Positions 27,786 through 40,065 of a DNA stretch of 64,000 bases are shown here, piece after piece. The notes beneath the pieces were generated by a model that was not told the DNA's origin, ran no database searches, and saw nothing but the letters and a program-made list of their open reading frames with translations. Source of the DNA: Octopus bimaculoides (Eukaryota). A program made the translations under genes and the position numbers. The stretch spans positions 153,208,229 to 153,272,228 of the forward strand of contig NC_068982.1 of NCBI RefSeq assembly GCF_001194135.2. The letters run 5' to 3'. Within the stretch, counting starts at the first letter, position 1; each line of letters begins with the position of its first letter.

Positions 27786-27970
27786 CGTCTATCTGTACTT
27801 ATGTCTGACGTATAATTTGCTTTAGATTTTGGACGTGTCCAACGTGGATTAGCTCCACCGCAGTAGTTGTCTAATAGGCGTTTTGTAGACTCTCTAGGGA
27901 TGATGAGAAAGTTTAACAGCTGCTGTACGTGACCCTTCAACTTTAAAGAAAGAATTCCCACGATCATATC
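27786..27970 (-). CDS. Internal coding exon of an unidentified minus-strand host gene (phase 0 to 2)
   Basis: Strong acceptor ctcttactctaatttactctcctcAG and donor CG|GTAATT. 185 nt, open: DMIVGILSLKLKGHVQQLLNFLIIPRESTKRLLDNYCGGANPRWTRPKSKANYTSDISTDR. The phase matches the next exon at 13735. Confidence 0.7.
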
Positions 27971-28803
27971 CTGAGGAGAGTAAATTAGAGTAAGAGACTT
28001 TAATTTACTATTGGCTACAACGAGATTTATGATGGCAATGGTTAATGCAGCGATTTGAGATAACCTTTGTTTTTTGTTATAGATGTTGTGTTGGTTACTG
28101 GGGCAGATGTGTATCACTACCACTACTATGAATATCAGGTTTATATATCTTTTTATACAATTTTAACGGTTTTGGTGAAGATAAATTACTTTGAGTAAAA
28201 TTTGTAAATAACCGTTGTAATAATGCATTTCATTTGGATATGCCTGATTAGAGAGGTTTCACTTTCAGAATTTGCTTTACTTAGTATAGAAAAGAAACAT
28301 TTACACTATTAGCTAAAAGGAATTCTGATTGAATTAATGACATATTCGATGCATGTTGTCAAAATATCCTGAAATAATTGCTGGCATTCGGATTAAAACG
28401 TGAACTACATTATGTTAGTAAACTACAAAAATGCATCACTTTATTTTTGTAACGATTTCATTGTGAAGAAACATAAATTATGGTTTCTATGATACTGATG
28501 GGGATTGCTATAATGCTAAAGGGACATCAGTTTCCTTGTTTTGTGAGTGGTGGTGCTGCTAATCGCTGTATTTGTTGTACATATTCATAGCAGTAGAGAA
28601 AGCAGCAGCAGCAGGTTTGTTCCCGGCATCGTATGCGTTTTACTATTCATTATAGTGGTACTTATACCTAAAATGAATGTCATGTAGTCCGTGGAATTAC
28701 CTCTGCGCTTAGTTCCTATGGAACTCATTCATTAACGTGAGCAACGGCATTTTGTGTATCCTTCTACTAAATTATTTATAAAATGGTTCTATCGTAGTTT
28801 AAC

Positions 28804-28867
<64 letters not shown>

Positions 28868-31609
28868 CTCTCTCTCTCCCTCTCGTCGTTCTCCTTCCTT
28901 TCACATTCCCTTTCATATCACTCGTATCATAGTCAATACTTTTTTCGATTACTTTACTTGAATTGCGATTGGAAATAACTCCATGACTAAGTTTCTGCTA
29001 AAAAATATATTTTGTCTATAAGAAATATTTATGTATCATAATAGCTATCAAAACAGAACTGAAAATTGAAAAAAAGCAGGATGTAAAGTATAGTCGAAAT
29101 TCAGTTATTTTATTTCAAGCGTATAAAATGAGATTTCGTAGAAATGCGAATAAGTTTAATTGTCGTGGGGTGTAGAAAAACTTGTTTCTGTAATTCTCCC
29201 TTCAACGGAAATTTTAATACGAATAGATTTCTTGCTTGGTTAGCGATTGTGGACGTACACAGCAACGATAAATATTCTAACGCTGGTATCTGACGCTGGT
29301 TGAGTGGAGAGTGTTGTAATGGAACGCAGGAAAAGAAAATGAAGCGAATACACAAGGACCTACAGTGACAGATTTATCGAACCAAAAAATATCACAGTTT
29401 TAGTTGCAAACACAATCTCAACGAACTTACAAAAGCAACACACACACATACATACTACTAGGTATGTTTAAATAGCATCTAATCAGATAAAGCCATAAGA
29501 AGTAGTGAAGAGTAGATGAAAAGAAGGAAAACAGTGGGTGATTTACTCTATCTGAAATTTTATCCTCCACAAATATTTTGTTGTATTACCTTAGTTAACC
29601 ATGGTAATGCCATCGGCTATGATCAGTTGTGTTTTATATGATTCAGACAAGAAAAATAACTAAATAAAAATGAACGTTGTGTGTATTAGATAGTGAGTAT
29701 AAAAATACTGAAAAGAAAAATAAAACATAAAAATTAATTGCTGCATTAATAAGATTTCAAGAGGTTATGTGAAACAAAACAAATTAATTATGAATGCTGA
29801 AGTGAGAGAAAGTTGAAAAGCAAAACCTTATATATTGATTTTTACAATGCTTTTTGAATAGGTTTTTCATTGCGAAATTCCATTTTAAAATTATTAAAAT
29901 TAAATATAAAATTACGGGGCACAAAATGTATGATAAAATGTAGAACACATTGCTACTACAAGAGAGTTGAGATGAAAGAAGTATCAACTTATAATTAGGA
30001 AGATGACTTAGAAAGCTATATAAAATTATATTTAAGGTTTTTAACACGCTTCCGAGGCTAATAATCCTGAGTCGTTATAGAACAAGATAGAATAACTCAC
30101 GGGCGACAAGCCGAGTTCAAATCTTGTTAAATAAACTTTTCTTTTCTTCCCTGGATGATAAAGATGTAACCATTCAGTGTAGGTGGTAGGTGGAACTGCT
30201 ACAGCATCTAACGAGTTAACTTGTGTTTGTTTTGGCTCTTTGCATTCTAATGACCCGGATATCAAGTTGTATCAGATATGCCTTTTTTTCATATAATATT
30301 TGTGTCATGGAGTGGGAAGATTTCCACGCATGGCAAATTCCTAGCATTTCAGAGAAGACCTTTTCTAAGTCATCTTTGGTGAATACGTGTCCAGGACCAG
30401 AAAACCAGAAACAGCCATTACTGAAGATGGTCCAAGTTTGAACGTGTCTCTAAGTTATCAATAAAGAATATGAGTAAAATTACGATTCAATTACAATACA
30501 TAATAGATATATAACATTCAATAAATCATATAGTGGCAATGAGTGATGTTGTACGCCATTGCTAAACCGATATATTTCAAACTAGAGTGAGCATACAAAA
30601 GAATACGTTAAGAAATTTGCAGTAATTTTTATTCGTTGGTACAGAAAGATGTAACTGTTGCCTTATGAACTTTGGTAGTAGAATAAAATGACAGCTGTCT
30701 TGGATTCAGGAATTTAGTACTCTACTTGACACAAATATTGGACTCATCTGGTTGTGGCTACCAGAACCAGCCTCGAATATTACTCCTGTTTTACAGATAC
30801 CCTGATATACTTATATAATCACAAGAAAATTTCATCTGATTTGTTTATTGTTAAACTTTGCTGCTTATCTGACAAGAGAAGCGTTAGTATTTGATCTCAG
30901 TATTGCTTGCTGTGAAACAATTACCAATAGACACTGATTTCCCTGTTCATAGATTCATGTTGCGTCTTTTCATAATCATTTTTGTCAGCTAAACAAAATG
31001 ATCTAGTAGAATATAATTATCTTGTTCTGTACAAAAATTAAGGAAATTCACTTACATTTAATCTTCTCTGTGTCTATTAAATACTGTACTCTGAACAATT
31101 GATATACACCTTTGTTTTCACATCACAAAGCTGCATAAGTTAATTTGCGCTGGAGGTCGAATCAAGTGATGCGTAACCAGTTTTTGCTGAATTGATAGCT
31201 GCGAAAATTTAACCTCAAATATTGATAAATGAACTCCTTGAAAGAAATGAAGTGTTAGTACAATTGAATTTTTTTTCTGTACAACAATTACAATCTTCGT
31301 ATCTCCCTAGTATGTCACAATTTATGTAATCTAATACTGTCACACTCAGTTCACGTATTGAATAATAGTGTAATTAATTCATGTTCAACCAACTAAGGCT
31401 GAATCATATGAGCGAGAGAAGAAAATGAAACCACATATGAAAGCTGCTGCAAATATATATTTCTGACTTGATGTAAAATATATTTATGGATCTAAACTCA
31501 GGAGTGATGATACTGTCTCCACGGGCAAAACATCGTAATGGGATTAGATTTAATTCCATTTCGGTATTTTCAGAATTCGTCTGAAATATTTATGCGATAT
31601 TTTTATATA

Positions 31610-32208
31610 GGTGTAGGAGTGGCTGTGTAGAAAGTAGCTTGCTTACCAACCACATGGTTCTGGGTTCAGTCCCACTGCGTGGCACCTTGGGCAAGTGTCT
31701 TCTACTACAGCTTCGGGCCGACCAAAGCCTTGTGAGTGGATTTGGTAGACGGAAACGGAAAGAAGCCCGTCGTATATATGTATATATGTATATATNNNNN
31801 NNNNNNNNNNNNNNNNNNNNNNNNNNNNNNNNNNNNNNNNNNNNNNNNNNNNNNNNNNNNNNNNNNNNNNNNNNNNNNNNNNNNNNNNNNNNNNNNNNNN
31901 NNNNNNNNNNNNNNNNNNNNNNNNNNNNNNNNNNNNNNNNNNNNNNNNNNNNNNNNNNNNNNNNNNNNNNNNNNNNNNNNNNNNNNNNNNNNNNNNNNNN
32001 NNNNNNNNNNNNNNNNNNNNNNNNNNNNNNTGTGTGTCTGTGTATTTACTTCCCCGTAACATAGCGGTTGGGCAAAAGAGACCGATAGAATAAGTACTAG
32101 GCTTACAAAGAATAAGTCCTGGGGTCAATTTGCTCAACTAAAGGCGGTGCTCCAGCATGGCCGCAGTCAAAATGACTGAAATAAGTAAAATAATAAAAGA
32201 ATAAAAGA

Positions 32209-32210
<2 letters not shown>
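31610..32210 (+). mobile_element. tRNA-derived Octopus-type SINE with internal gap/microsatellite
   Basis: Box A-like tggctgtgtag and box B GGTTCAGTCCC, body gcaccttgggcaagtgtcttctact, tail ggcggtgctccagcatggccgcagtc...(aataaaag)n. Related copies occur at 37282 and 39928. Confidence 0.85.
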
Positions 32211-32253
<43 letters not shown>

Positions 32254-32394
32254 CGTGCACGTGTGCGTGTGTGCGAATGTTGTTAAAAAAAACGGTGGGT
32301 ACGATACGGTTCCCCGTTTGGCTATAGCTTTCGAATGATGATACCAGTCGTGTAAACGAAAAGCCAACACTTCCCAAAAATTGGATAATAGTCG

Positions 32395-32525
32395 TTTGCA
32401 AGGTTACCCATTTACAGCTGAGTTGAATGAAGCACCGTGATATAGACCACAACGCAACGTTGGTCTGAGAATGAAAGTTAAGATCTTGCGATCGCCAGTG
32501 CAACTTCCTAACCACTAGACCACAT
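32395..32525 (-). mobile_element. SINE head fragment (tacccatttacagctgag core)
   Basis: Reverse-strand relative of the 42553 SINE head. Confidence 0.5.
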
Positions 32526-32951
32526 ACCTTTACACACCACCTATACACTTACACACACATGTATATATATNNNNNNNNNNATATGCATACGTATATGGTA
32601 AAAGAACGATATTTACATAACTGCATTCTTTAACTTACATACAGCTGTTTCAGGTGAAAATCTTGGTATTCAATAATGAGTGCAGGTCTACATAACTTGG
32701 TCAAATCTCAGCTGACCTACTCAGTGACGCCAAGGTATTTTGCCAAACCTCTATTTTCAATAATAAAATATAGAGATTTCGGAATGCTTTACAAATTATA
32801 TCTAAATAAAGAATTAGTCATTCTCTCTACTGTGATTAAGACAGGAATTATGAAATAGTGTTTTAAATTGTTCACATCATTATTCCTCATTGTGCTCATT
32901 TGTACAAAGGTTCAGGTTTTGTTGCTGTTGAAATGTCAACATAAAGCTCAC

Positions 32952-33033
32952 CACTGGTAAACGTTGGATCTGCCACGTTCAGTTAATTTCCATGATTGTG
33001 TTTGAATTTTATTAATGGTGATAATAAAACTGT
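32952..33033 (-). CDS. Candidate upstream exon of host gene (phase 1 to 2)
   Basis: Acceptor cttcttttacttgtcAG and donor TG|GTGAGC. One open frame: SFIITINKIQTQSWKLTERGRSNVYQ. Needs an additional phase 2 to 0 exon to join 27970. Confidence 0.45.
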
Positions 33034-33149
33034 CTGACAAGTAAAAGAAGCCATTAAACATAACATAGTGAAGCTATCACATTGAGTATTTTCTTAACAA
33101 TGAAGTAGTTGTCACTAGTAATTTTTGGTATCATGATAGCGATTCTCAG

Positions 33150-33155
<6 letters not shown>

Positions 33156-33222
<67 letters not shown>
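33156..33222. repeat. (AG)n microsatellite
   Basis: Direct reading. Confidence 0.95.
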
Positions 33223-33225
<3 letters not shown>

Positions 33226-33565
33226 CAGACAGACAGACAGAGAAAGCGAGAGAGAGTGAGAGAGAGCACGCAACAAATCTTTTTTTAGAGAATCTTGTGC
33301 AAATTTGATTTTAGATTCAAGATATCCATCTCTGGAGGTAAAACTTTCAAGAAATGCAAAAGAATCTATTACATCTTATCTGGTCTCTTGTCAAAGCATA
33401 TTTGCTTTCACGTCCGTTTCTCCTAGAGCATGTGTAAGCATCATCTTACAAAAGAAGTAAAGTCACTAGAAAAGGGACCATTATTGTTTTTTAATATTAT
33501 TTTAGGAGTGAGCCAGAGTGATATAATCATCAGAAAGTAATCAATATCGAACTATAGTTTACCAG

Positions 33566-34400
33566 TTACGCAATAGTTGACGAAGAAGTATTGATGAAAC
33601 TCTTGTGTTGCTTGTTTCTTTCTTTTTCTTTTTGTTTCGGTTCTTCGGGGGATGGGGATGAATTTTTGAGTTCCTTTCTCTTTCTGCTTTGTACTTCCTG
33701 GAACTCTTCATCTATACTTTCCACATTTGTTTCTTCTTTGGTTTCCTCTGTCCCCTCGTCTCCGTCGCTGTTCTCATCCTGCTCCTCCTCCACTGGTCTG
33801 ATTGTTTAAAAAGGGGCAGCTCACATTTATGTGCCCCCTCTTTCTGCAGTAGTAGCAGGTGGGAGGTGTCCCCTCCACTATCACTCGCAGCTTCACTTCT
33901 TATGACAGCTCAATTTCCTCTACAATTTTTCCATGTCCTGTGAGGAGGCCTGGATTACAACTTCCAGGCCAAATCCCCATCAGTTCAGTTACTTTGTCCG
34001 AGTCACTTGCAGTATTTTGGGGTCCTCTTTTGTCCCCGTCAAAATTACTTCAAGCAGCCACATCTTGGCTATCTCAGGGGATACCCTGCCAATCCTTACT
34101 CTCGCCACTCGTTTACTGAGGTAGGTTGGCAAGAATGCTCATTCATCCGTTCTCAGTGTCGTAGTGGAGTGCTTTATTACCTTCTCCACGGTAGCAAAAC
34201 GCACATACACTGTACCGAATCTTCTTCCTCTACAAAAAATTTGGATATCATTCTTGATTTCTCTTAGGCACTCCTCTCTGACTTATTTACTTGCCATCTC
34301 TGTTTTCTTGCTCTTGACTGACAACGTTCTGTAAACCACCATTTTCTTATTTTTCATTTTTGTAACATCTTCAGGTAGAGCCAGCATTAGCCTTGACCCC
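33566..34400 (-). mobile_element. Decayed non-LTR ORF1 (gag-like with degenerate CCHC knuckle), probably L1/Tx1-like
   Basis: Minus frames RVARVRIGRVSPEI..KILQVTRTK..NWWGFGLEV, then ERGHINVSCP, then an acidic/basic low-complexity tail (ORF 33566-33793). Confidence 0.5.
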
Positions 34401-34429
34401 TCTCTCTAAATTAAATCCTTGCCCTTCTT

Positions 34430-34625
34430 CAAAATTTCCAAATCCACCTGTACTTGTTGTCGACAGTTATACCTAAGTCTTTGATGTTATCCGACAGTTC
34501 ATGTAGGTCTCTCGACGGTAGTATATATGATTGTTTGAGTGTTCCCACTTTTTCAAAGTGAATGAGCTCAAATTTTTCTTTGTTCAACTGCATATTGTTT
34601 TTTGTGCCCTCTGTGTTACTACGCA
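34430..34625 (-). mobile_element. CR1-type LINE RT fragment
   Basis: NNMQLNKEKFELIHF..LKQSYILPS..NIKDLGITVDN is homologous to the same region of the 51917-52975 ORF. Confidence 0.75.
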
Positions 34626-34858
34626 TGGGTCTGATTGAAGGATCGTTATATATATCTATATATGTATATATAATTATTTGCACTTTGTATATATGTCTAG
34701 TAGTATATCGATTAGAAAACTGTTACCATTTAGGCTACCTGATGTCATCCACAGTTACGATATAATCGTCACTGGATCTTCGTCAGGAATTCCACTGTGT
34801 ACGTTGAGCTTATAATGAATGAGGGAAACGGAAAATGGACTTGGCAAGAATCTTTATT

Positions 34859-34967
34859 CAGCACAACGATCGTTTCGACCCATCCCGCATCTGTCCCTTA
34901 AGGTGAAATATAGTACATCTAGTTGTGTTGCATTCATCAATACAGACTGTGTCTCGTCAGATGCCGG
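34859..34967 (-). ncRNA. Type I hammerhead ribozyme-like fold
   Basis: Minus strand: CGGCAU (stem I), CUGACGA, GAC...GUC (77-nt stem II), GAAA, C-GAUC-G (palindromic stem III), UU, GUGCUG (stem I partner), then AAUAAA. Confidence 0.7.
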
Positions 34968-35082
34968 GGGTAAATAAGTTTCGTTAATGCATATACTGAG
35001 TTTCGTTTGGCATGATGTTGCCCAGAGTGTGTTGGCTACATTGATATAAGATCGAATAATTTCGGCGTTATAACTATTAGAT

Positions 35083-35132
35083 GGGTCTGGCTGGGTCTGG
35101 CTGGGTCTGACTGGGTCTGGCTGGATCTGGCT
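35083..35132 (+). repeat. 5 x 10-bp tandem repeat (GGGTCTGGCT)
   Basis: Units gggtctggct, gggtctggct, gggtctgact, gggtctggct, ggatctggct. Confidence 0.95.
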
Positions 35133-36454
35133 ATAGTTTACAGTGGATACATAACATAAATTGTTGTCATAAATGATGGAGAATAAAACCTGACAAGGGA
35201 TACGAAATGAAGATAAAAGGAATAAAGATAGTGAATAAAACGTGACAGAGTATACGAATTGGAAGATAAAATGAAGAAAGAAAAGTATCCACTTGCTGAC
35301 ATGAACACATATAGACGTAGACGTACACACGCACACACACACATACACACACACTCGCGCCGTCAGAGAAATGTGTGTGTCATAAACAACCAAGATGATC
35401 GTATTAAAGGCAGACAGATTAATGGTATCTAGCTCCCCGCAGCGGATGCATTCTACAGTCGCTTACGGATGACTGAGCCAGCTTATTCAGCGGTGATTTG
35501 GTAGACACGCGAACACATACACAAGTATTTGTATATATACATACACGCACACTCATACATATATCTAACGGTGGTTTGGCGAATACAAACGCATACATAC
35601 AAGCGTTTACACACATACATTTACAAACATCTATATTCCAGGTGTATAATCGCACCTCATGATGTGTATCAAAATATTTACTCACCCTCTCACACACCTA
35701 TATAAACATGTTTATACGTGCATCTACATGGCTATATTTTTGTATTTACATACGTCTGTACATCTCAATGGCACATATGTGTCTAGTGGCAGTCGGATAC
35801 ACAGACTCATTCTCATCGTTACATATATAATCAGACAGTAATCACAAAACATATTGTATAAGATGGAATTACATAGTACGTACTTCTTGGATGAACAGTC
35901 TACACTTGTACATATAACATCCGACAATAATCACGGTACATATTGCATTAGATGTAATTATATAGATACTACTTCGATAAACAGTTCAGGACTGTATGAT
36001 TTATACTGTTTTTTTTATGCGTACATTAGTATTTTTTCGTCGCACCAAAATCAATTTTCGAGGACAAATACTCGTATATGCAGGGCAGTATATATATATA
36101 TATATNNNNNNNNNNNNNNNNNNNNNNNNNNNNNNNNNNNNNNNNNNNNNNNNNNNNNNNNNNNNNNNNNNNNNNNNNNNNNNNNNNNNNNNNNNNNNNN
36201 NNNNNNNNNNNNNNNNNNNNNNNNNNNNNNNNNNNNNNNNNNNNNNNNNNNNNNNNNNNNNNNNNNNNNNNNNNNNNNNNNNNNNNNNNNNNNNNNNNNN
36301 NNNNNNNNNNNNNNNNNNNNNNNNNNNNTATATATATATATATATATCAATGTATATGTGTTTATGTTAAAATAAGGTTTCCTTTTTAAACAAGTTTAAG
36401 AATAAAAGCTGAGCATTTATCGCGAGTCAATTTAATATTGTGAAGAATCAGATT

Positions 36455-37100
36455 TACTATGAAGGTCGATTTGACTGGAACTTCAAGTAGCCCGGTTGTT
36501 CAACTATATACAAAGTTTATTCCACAAGTTTTCAGACTCTTTCAGGAGAGGCATTCTCTCGTTCAGCTTGAGGAACAAAAACAGTCACAACGTCTGGATT
36601 GTACGAAGGGTGAGGGAAAGCTTTGTTACCCATTACTGTAAAATAGTTGGATTGGAGGATGGAACTGTGGACTAGTACATTGCTCTAATACAGGTGCTCT
36701 CTGCCTTTTACAACAAGATCTCTTCCTGAACTCTCACAAAAGCTACACAAGGTAATCTTTGTTGATCGCCTGGCTAGAGGGAACCCAGTAGAGTTAGATG
36801 ATAGTCTTGATGTCGAAAATAGGAAATGTCACAAACTTCCGAGTGAACTAGTTCTGCCTGGCTGCTTGTTCCAGTGAAAAACAGATGTTCATCTCATACA
36901 AGTTAAACTATAAACATTCTGGAGCACTTCATATGTTTCTGTACTGCTTTTGTCCAGTTTATTGCATAGTAACCTTCAAAATTTTATTCACGTCTCCACT
37001 ACTTTCTGCAATTTATTCAGTTGACAAGCAGTGTTTAGTAGGGTTTGTTCAAAGTACTGTCAAAAGCACCTTCTTCAATCAAGTATAATAAATGTTAGCA
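36455..37100 (-). mobile_element. Decayed mariner transposase relic
   Basis: Minus motifs KLDKSSTETYEVLQNVY..SVFHW, WVPSSQAINKDY..EFRKR, and FPHPSYNPD (mariner HPPYSPDL). Confidence 0.7.
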
Positions 37101-37281
37101 CCCTAGCTTATTAGTTTTATAGTAAAGATATACTAAAATTACTAGGACAGTTATAATTGCCTCTCTTAAAAATGTTCAAGACTTCTGGAATGCACCGCGT
37201 AAACACACACACACACACACTTACACACACACACACACTTACACACACACAGACATGTATGTCTACATGTTTATGTATTTA

Positions 37282-37510
37282 CTCTTTTATTCTTTTACTT
37301 GTTTCAGTCATTTGACTGCAGTCATGCCTGAGCACCAACTTAAAGGGATTTAGTCGAAGAAATCGACTCCACGACTTATTCTTTTTAATCCTGGTACTAA
37401 TTCTATCGGTCTCTTTTGCAGAACCGCTAGTTTACAGCAGCATAAGCACACCAATCGGCCTTCAAGGGATGGTGCGGGAACGAGCACAGACATAAAGACA
37501 CACACACAAA
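37282..37510 (-). mobile_element. SINE 3' half (same family as 31610)
   Basis: Reverse complement of the ...gcagtcaaatgactgaaacaagtaaaagaataaaa tail. Confidence 0.75.
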
Positions 37511-37589
37511 TATATATATATATATATCCACATACCATAAAAGGAATCGTTTCATCCCCGAAATTACACGTTTTCTCGTATAAAACAGG

Positions 37590-39690
37590 AAATATGTATC
37601 CTATTACCATCGAGGTATACAATAAATTCGTAGAGAAGGAATTCTACAAATCTTACAAGCTGACCCCCTTGACGACATCAACACTAATCATCGCAAACTT
37701 ATTAAGAAATTACACGTGGATCACCGCACAGAATCATACTGCCCAACACCTCCACGCGTCAACCTCAAAGATCATAAGAAGGAATTAATAACTAAACCAT
37801 CGATACGCCGCACTAAATCCGACCAGGGAAGAATAAACAAAAATATTTTGGACAAAATAATACCAATCGTCAAGGAGAGATTAAACGTCAACGTATGGTC
37901 ATGTACAGCTGAAATTATAACATGGTTATAACATCACTTAAACAACAAAAACACTTATTCTTTCCTACAATTCGATATAAATAATTACTGCTTTTCTATT
38001 TCTCCCGATCTTCTTAATCAAGCTCTCCTTCTTGCTAGGAATCTAACGATATTTACTCCACTAGGAATTAAATTAATCCTTAATGCACGTAAAACCCTTA
38101 TTTCTATCGAGGTCAAATTCTGGTGCTGGGCCAAGCACCATAACAATACCACTTACCATAGAATTTATTTGACATTACTATGGGATCATCCGACTCCGCC
38201 AAGGTCACCGACCTCGTTGGACTATACATACTCCACCAGCTCCAAATACATTTCCCTAACCTCAAGGGAGGCCCCTACAGAGATGACGCCTTGCTAATTA
38301 CCAAGAGCGTAAATAGATCCTCTTTAGAACGAGCTAGAAAAGATCTACACAATTTTTTTTTCTAGCCTAAACCTGTCTACTAATTTTGAAAATTACCACA
38401 AAACTACTATACGTAACTTTAAACTAGAAACGTCCCAATACTCCCTTCATCACAAACATAACCAGTACCCTAAATACTTAAACATTCATTCCAATCACCA
38501 CAAATCCACCTTTGATAACATAGTCAAGGGTGTCTATCTTCCACTGAGAAAATATTCAATAACCACACCCCATGTACAAGCAATCGCTCGCTGCCAGCGG
38601 CCTCTCCCAACAAATAACATACATTCCTAATACTAGGCTGAAGCAACATATATCTCAAATCACATCGCAACGAGACACCAACCATCAGAATCACAACAGA
38701 CCACACATACACTATTCTAGAACCCCGAGAATACCCAGACACCATACGCACAGATATATCACTTGGTCAAAAGCTAAAACAGCTAACAACTACGGGCCAT
38801 GTTACCCCTCCATTTTCCAAAAGTATAGATAGCACTATCCCTAAGCCCCGCCACAAAAAGTGGTGGACGCTCTATTCTATGGTATACACCCACTTCTCAC
38901 TAAAGATTAAGAGCTTAGCTAAATATTTCAACTTTCCTCGTCAACATAAATATTACTCCATCTTTAATAGCTATCCTATTCCACCCCACCCAACTTCGAG
39001 TCTATCATAGCAGCCTCTAACAAGTATAAGTTTTCTCTCTTCTCTCAAAACTTACACTATAACAACTCTGAATATACGAGAGCCCAACATATATACAGCT
39101 CCAGCATTGAACCCCGTACGTTAGACCACAACCATAACCCAACCTATCCTATTAACACTATCCGGAATACTACCACAACTTCCACCACCGTTACAGAATA
39201 ATTAATAACAAGATAGCAATAAAAACGATAATAGTGATAATAATACTAATAACTTAGACATGTCTACCCACAGCTCTAACCTCTCCTCCATTCCTGAAAA
39301 TAATCCCCCAAATACACCCACTTGTAACTGCCGTACTCTACCCTCTACAAACCCATTGTAGAAGATCTAATGTAATTTATAAACGCACCGTCCTCAACAC
39401 ATTACACAATTCTACAGCTATATATGTAGAGTCAACCATAAATTTTAAACAGCGATATGCCGCTCATCTCAATGTTTTTAGATACGAGAAACACAGTAAA
39501 TCCACAACACTCGCCAGTCACATACATCATCTCAAAAATAGAAACATTCATGGCTTCCATTCCAAGGTCAACGCTTAGCCTGTAAGTTATGCCTAAAAGA
39601 GGCAGTCCACATCTTAAAACATAACTCCTCGTCACTACTAAATAAATATAAAGGGGCTCTAAGTACATGCAACCACCACTTTTTTTCATA
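37590..39690 (+). mobile_element. Penelope-like retroelement (RT, low-complexity linker, CxC, GIY-YIG endonuclease), degenerate
   Basis: NLKDHK..KSDQGRINKNILDKI, FLQFDI, MGSSDSAKVTDLVGLYIL..YRDDALL, IHSNH, TCNCR..SNVIYK..IYVEST.NFKQRYAAH..KSTTLASHIHHLK, CKLCLKEA..LLNK..STCNH. Confidence 0.85.
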
Positions 39691-39927
39691 CCTTTAAATT
39701 TTACTACAAATCTAAATGCAACCTAAATAACCACACAGTATATATCCACAACACTCCGTAAGTAATCCTCAAGAACCCTACTTAACTTTCTTTTATCTCC
39801 ATCTTAATTTTTATATCTTTAATTTTTAACACCCCTATCTTATTTGAAGGATCTCAATCATTTAATGCTACATATATGGATATATAAGCGGATACATGTG
39901 TGTGCAAATGTGTATGTATGTATATAT

Positions 39928-40065
39928 ATTCTTTCAGTTTCCATCTACCAAATCCACTCACAAGGCTTTGGTCAGCCCGAGTCTATAGCAGAAGACAGTT
40001 GCCTAGGGTGCCACGCAGTGGGAATGAATCCAAAACCATGTGGTTGGGAAGCAAGCCTCTTAAGA
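39928..40065 (-). mobile_element. SINE head (same family as 31610)
   Basis: Reverse complement of ...ccaaccacatggtt...cccactgcgtggcacc...gaccaaagccttgtgagtggatttggtag. Confidence 0.8.

Noticed and set aside
30041-30470. Two long overlapping open frames, a GTGAGT donor and a CTGAAGA..AATAAA motif
   Set aside because: No acceptable acceptor gives a stop-free exon, the hammerhead core lacks GAAA and stem II, and TE-like motifs are ambiguous. Probably a decayed retroelement.
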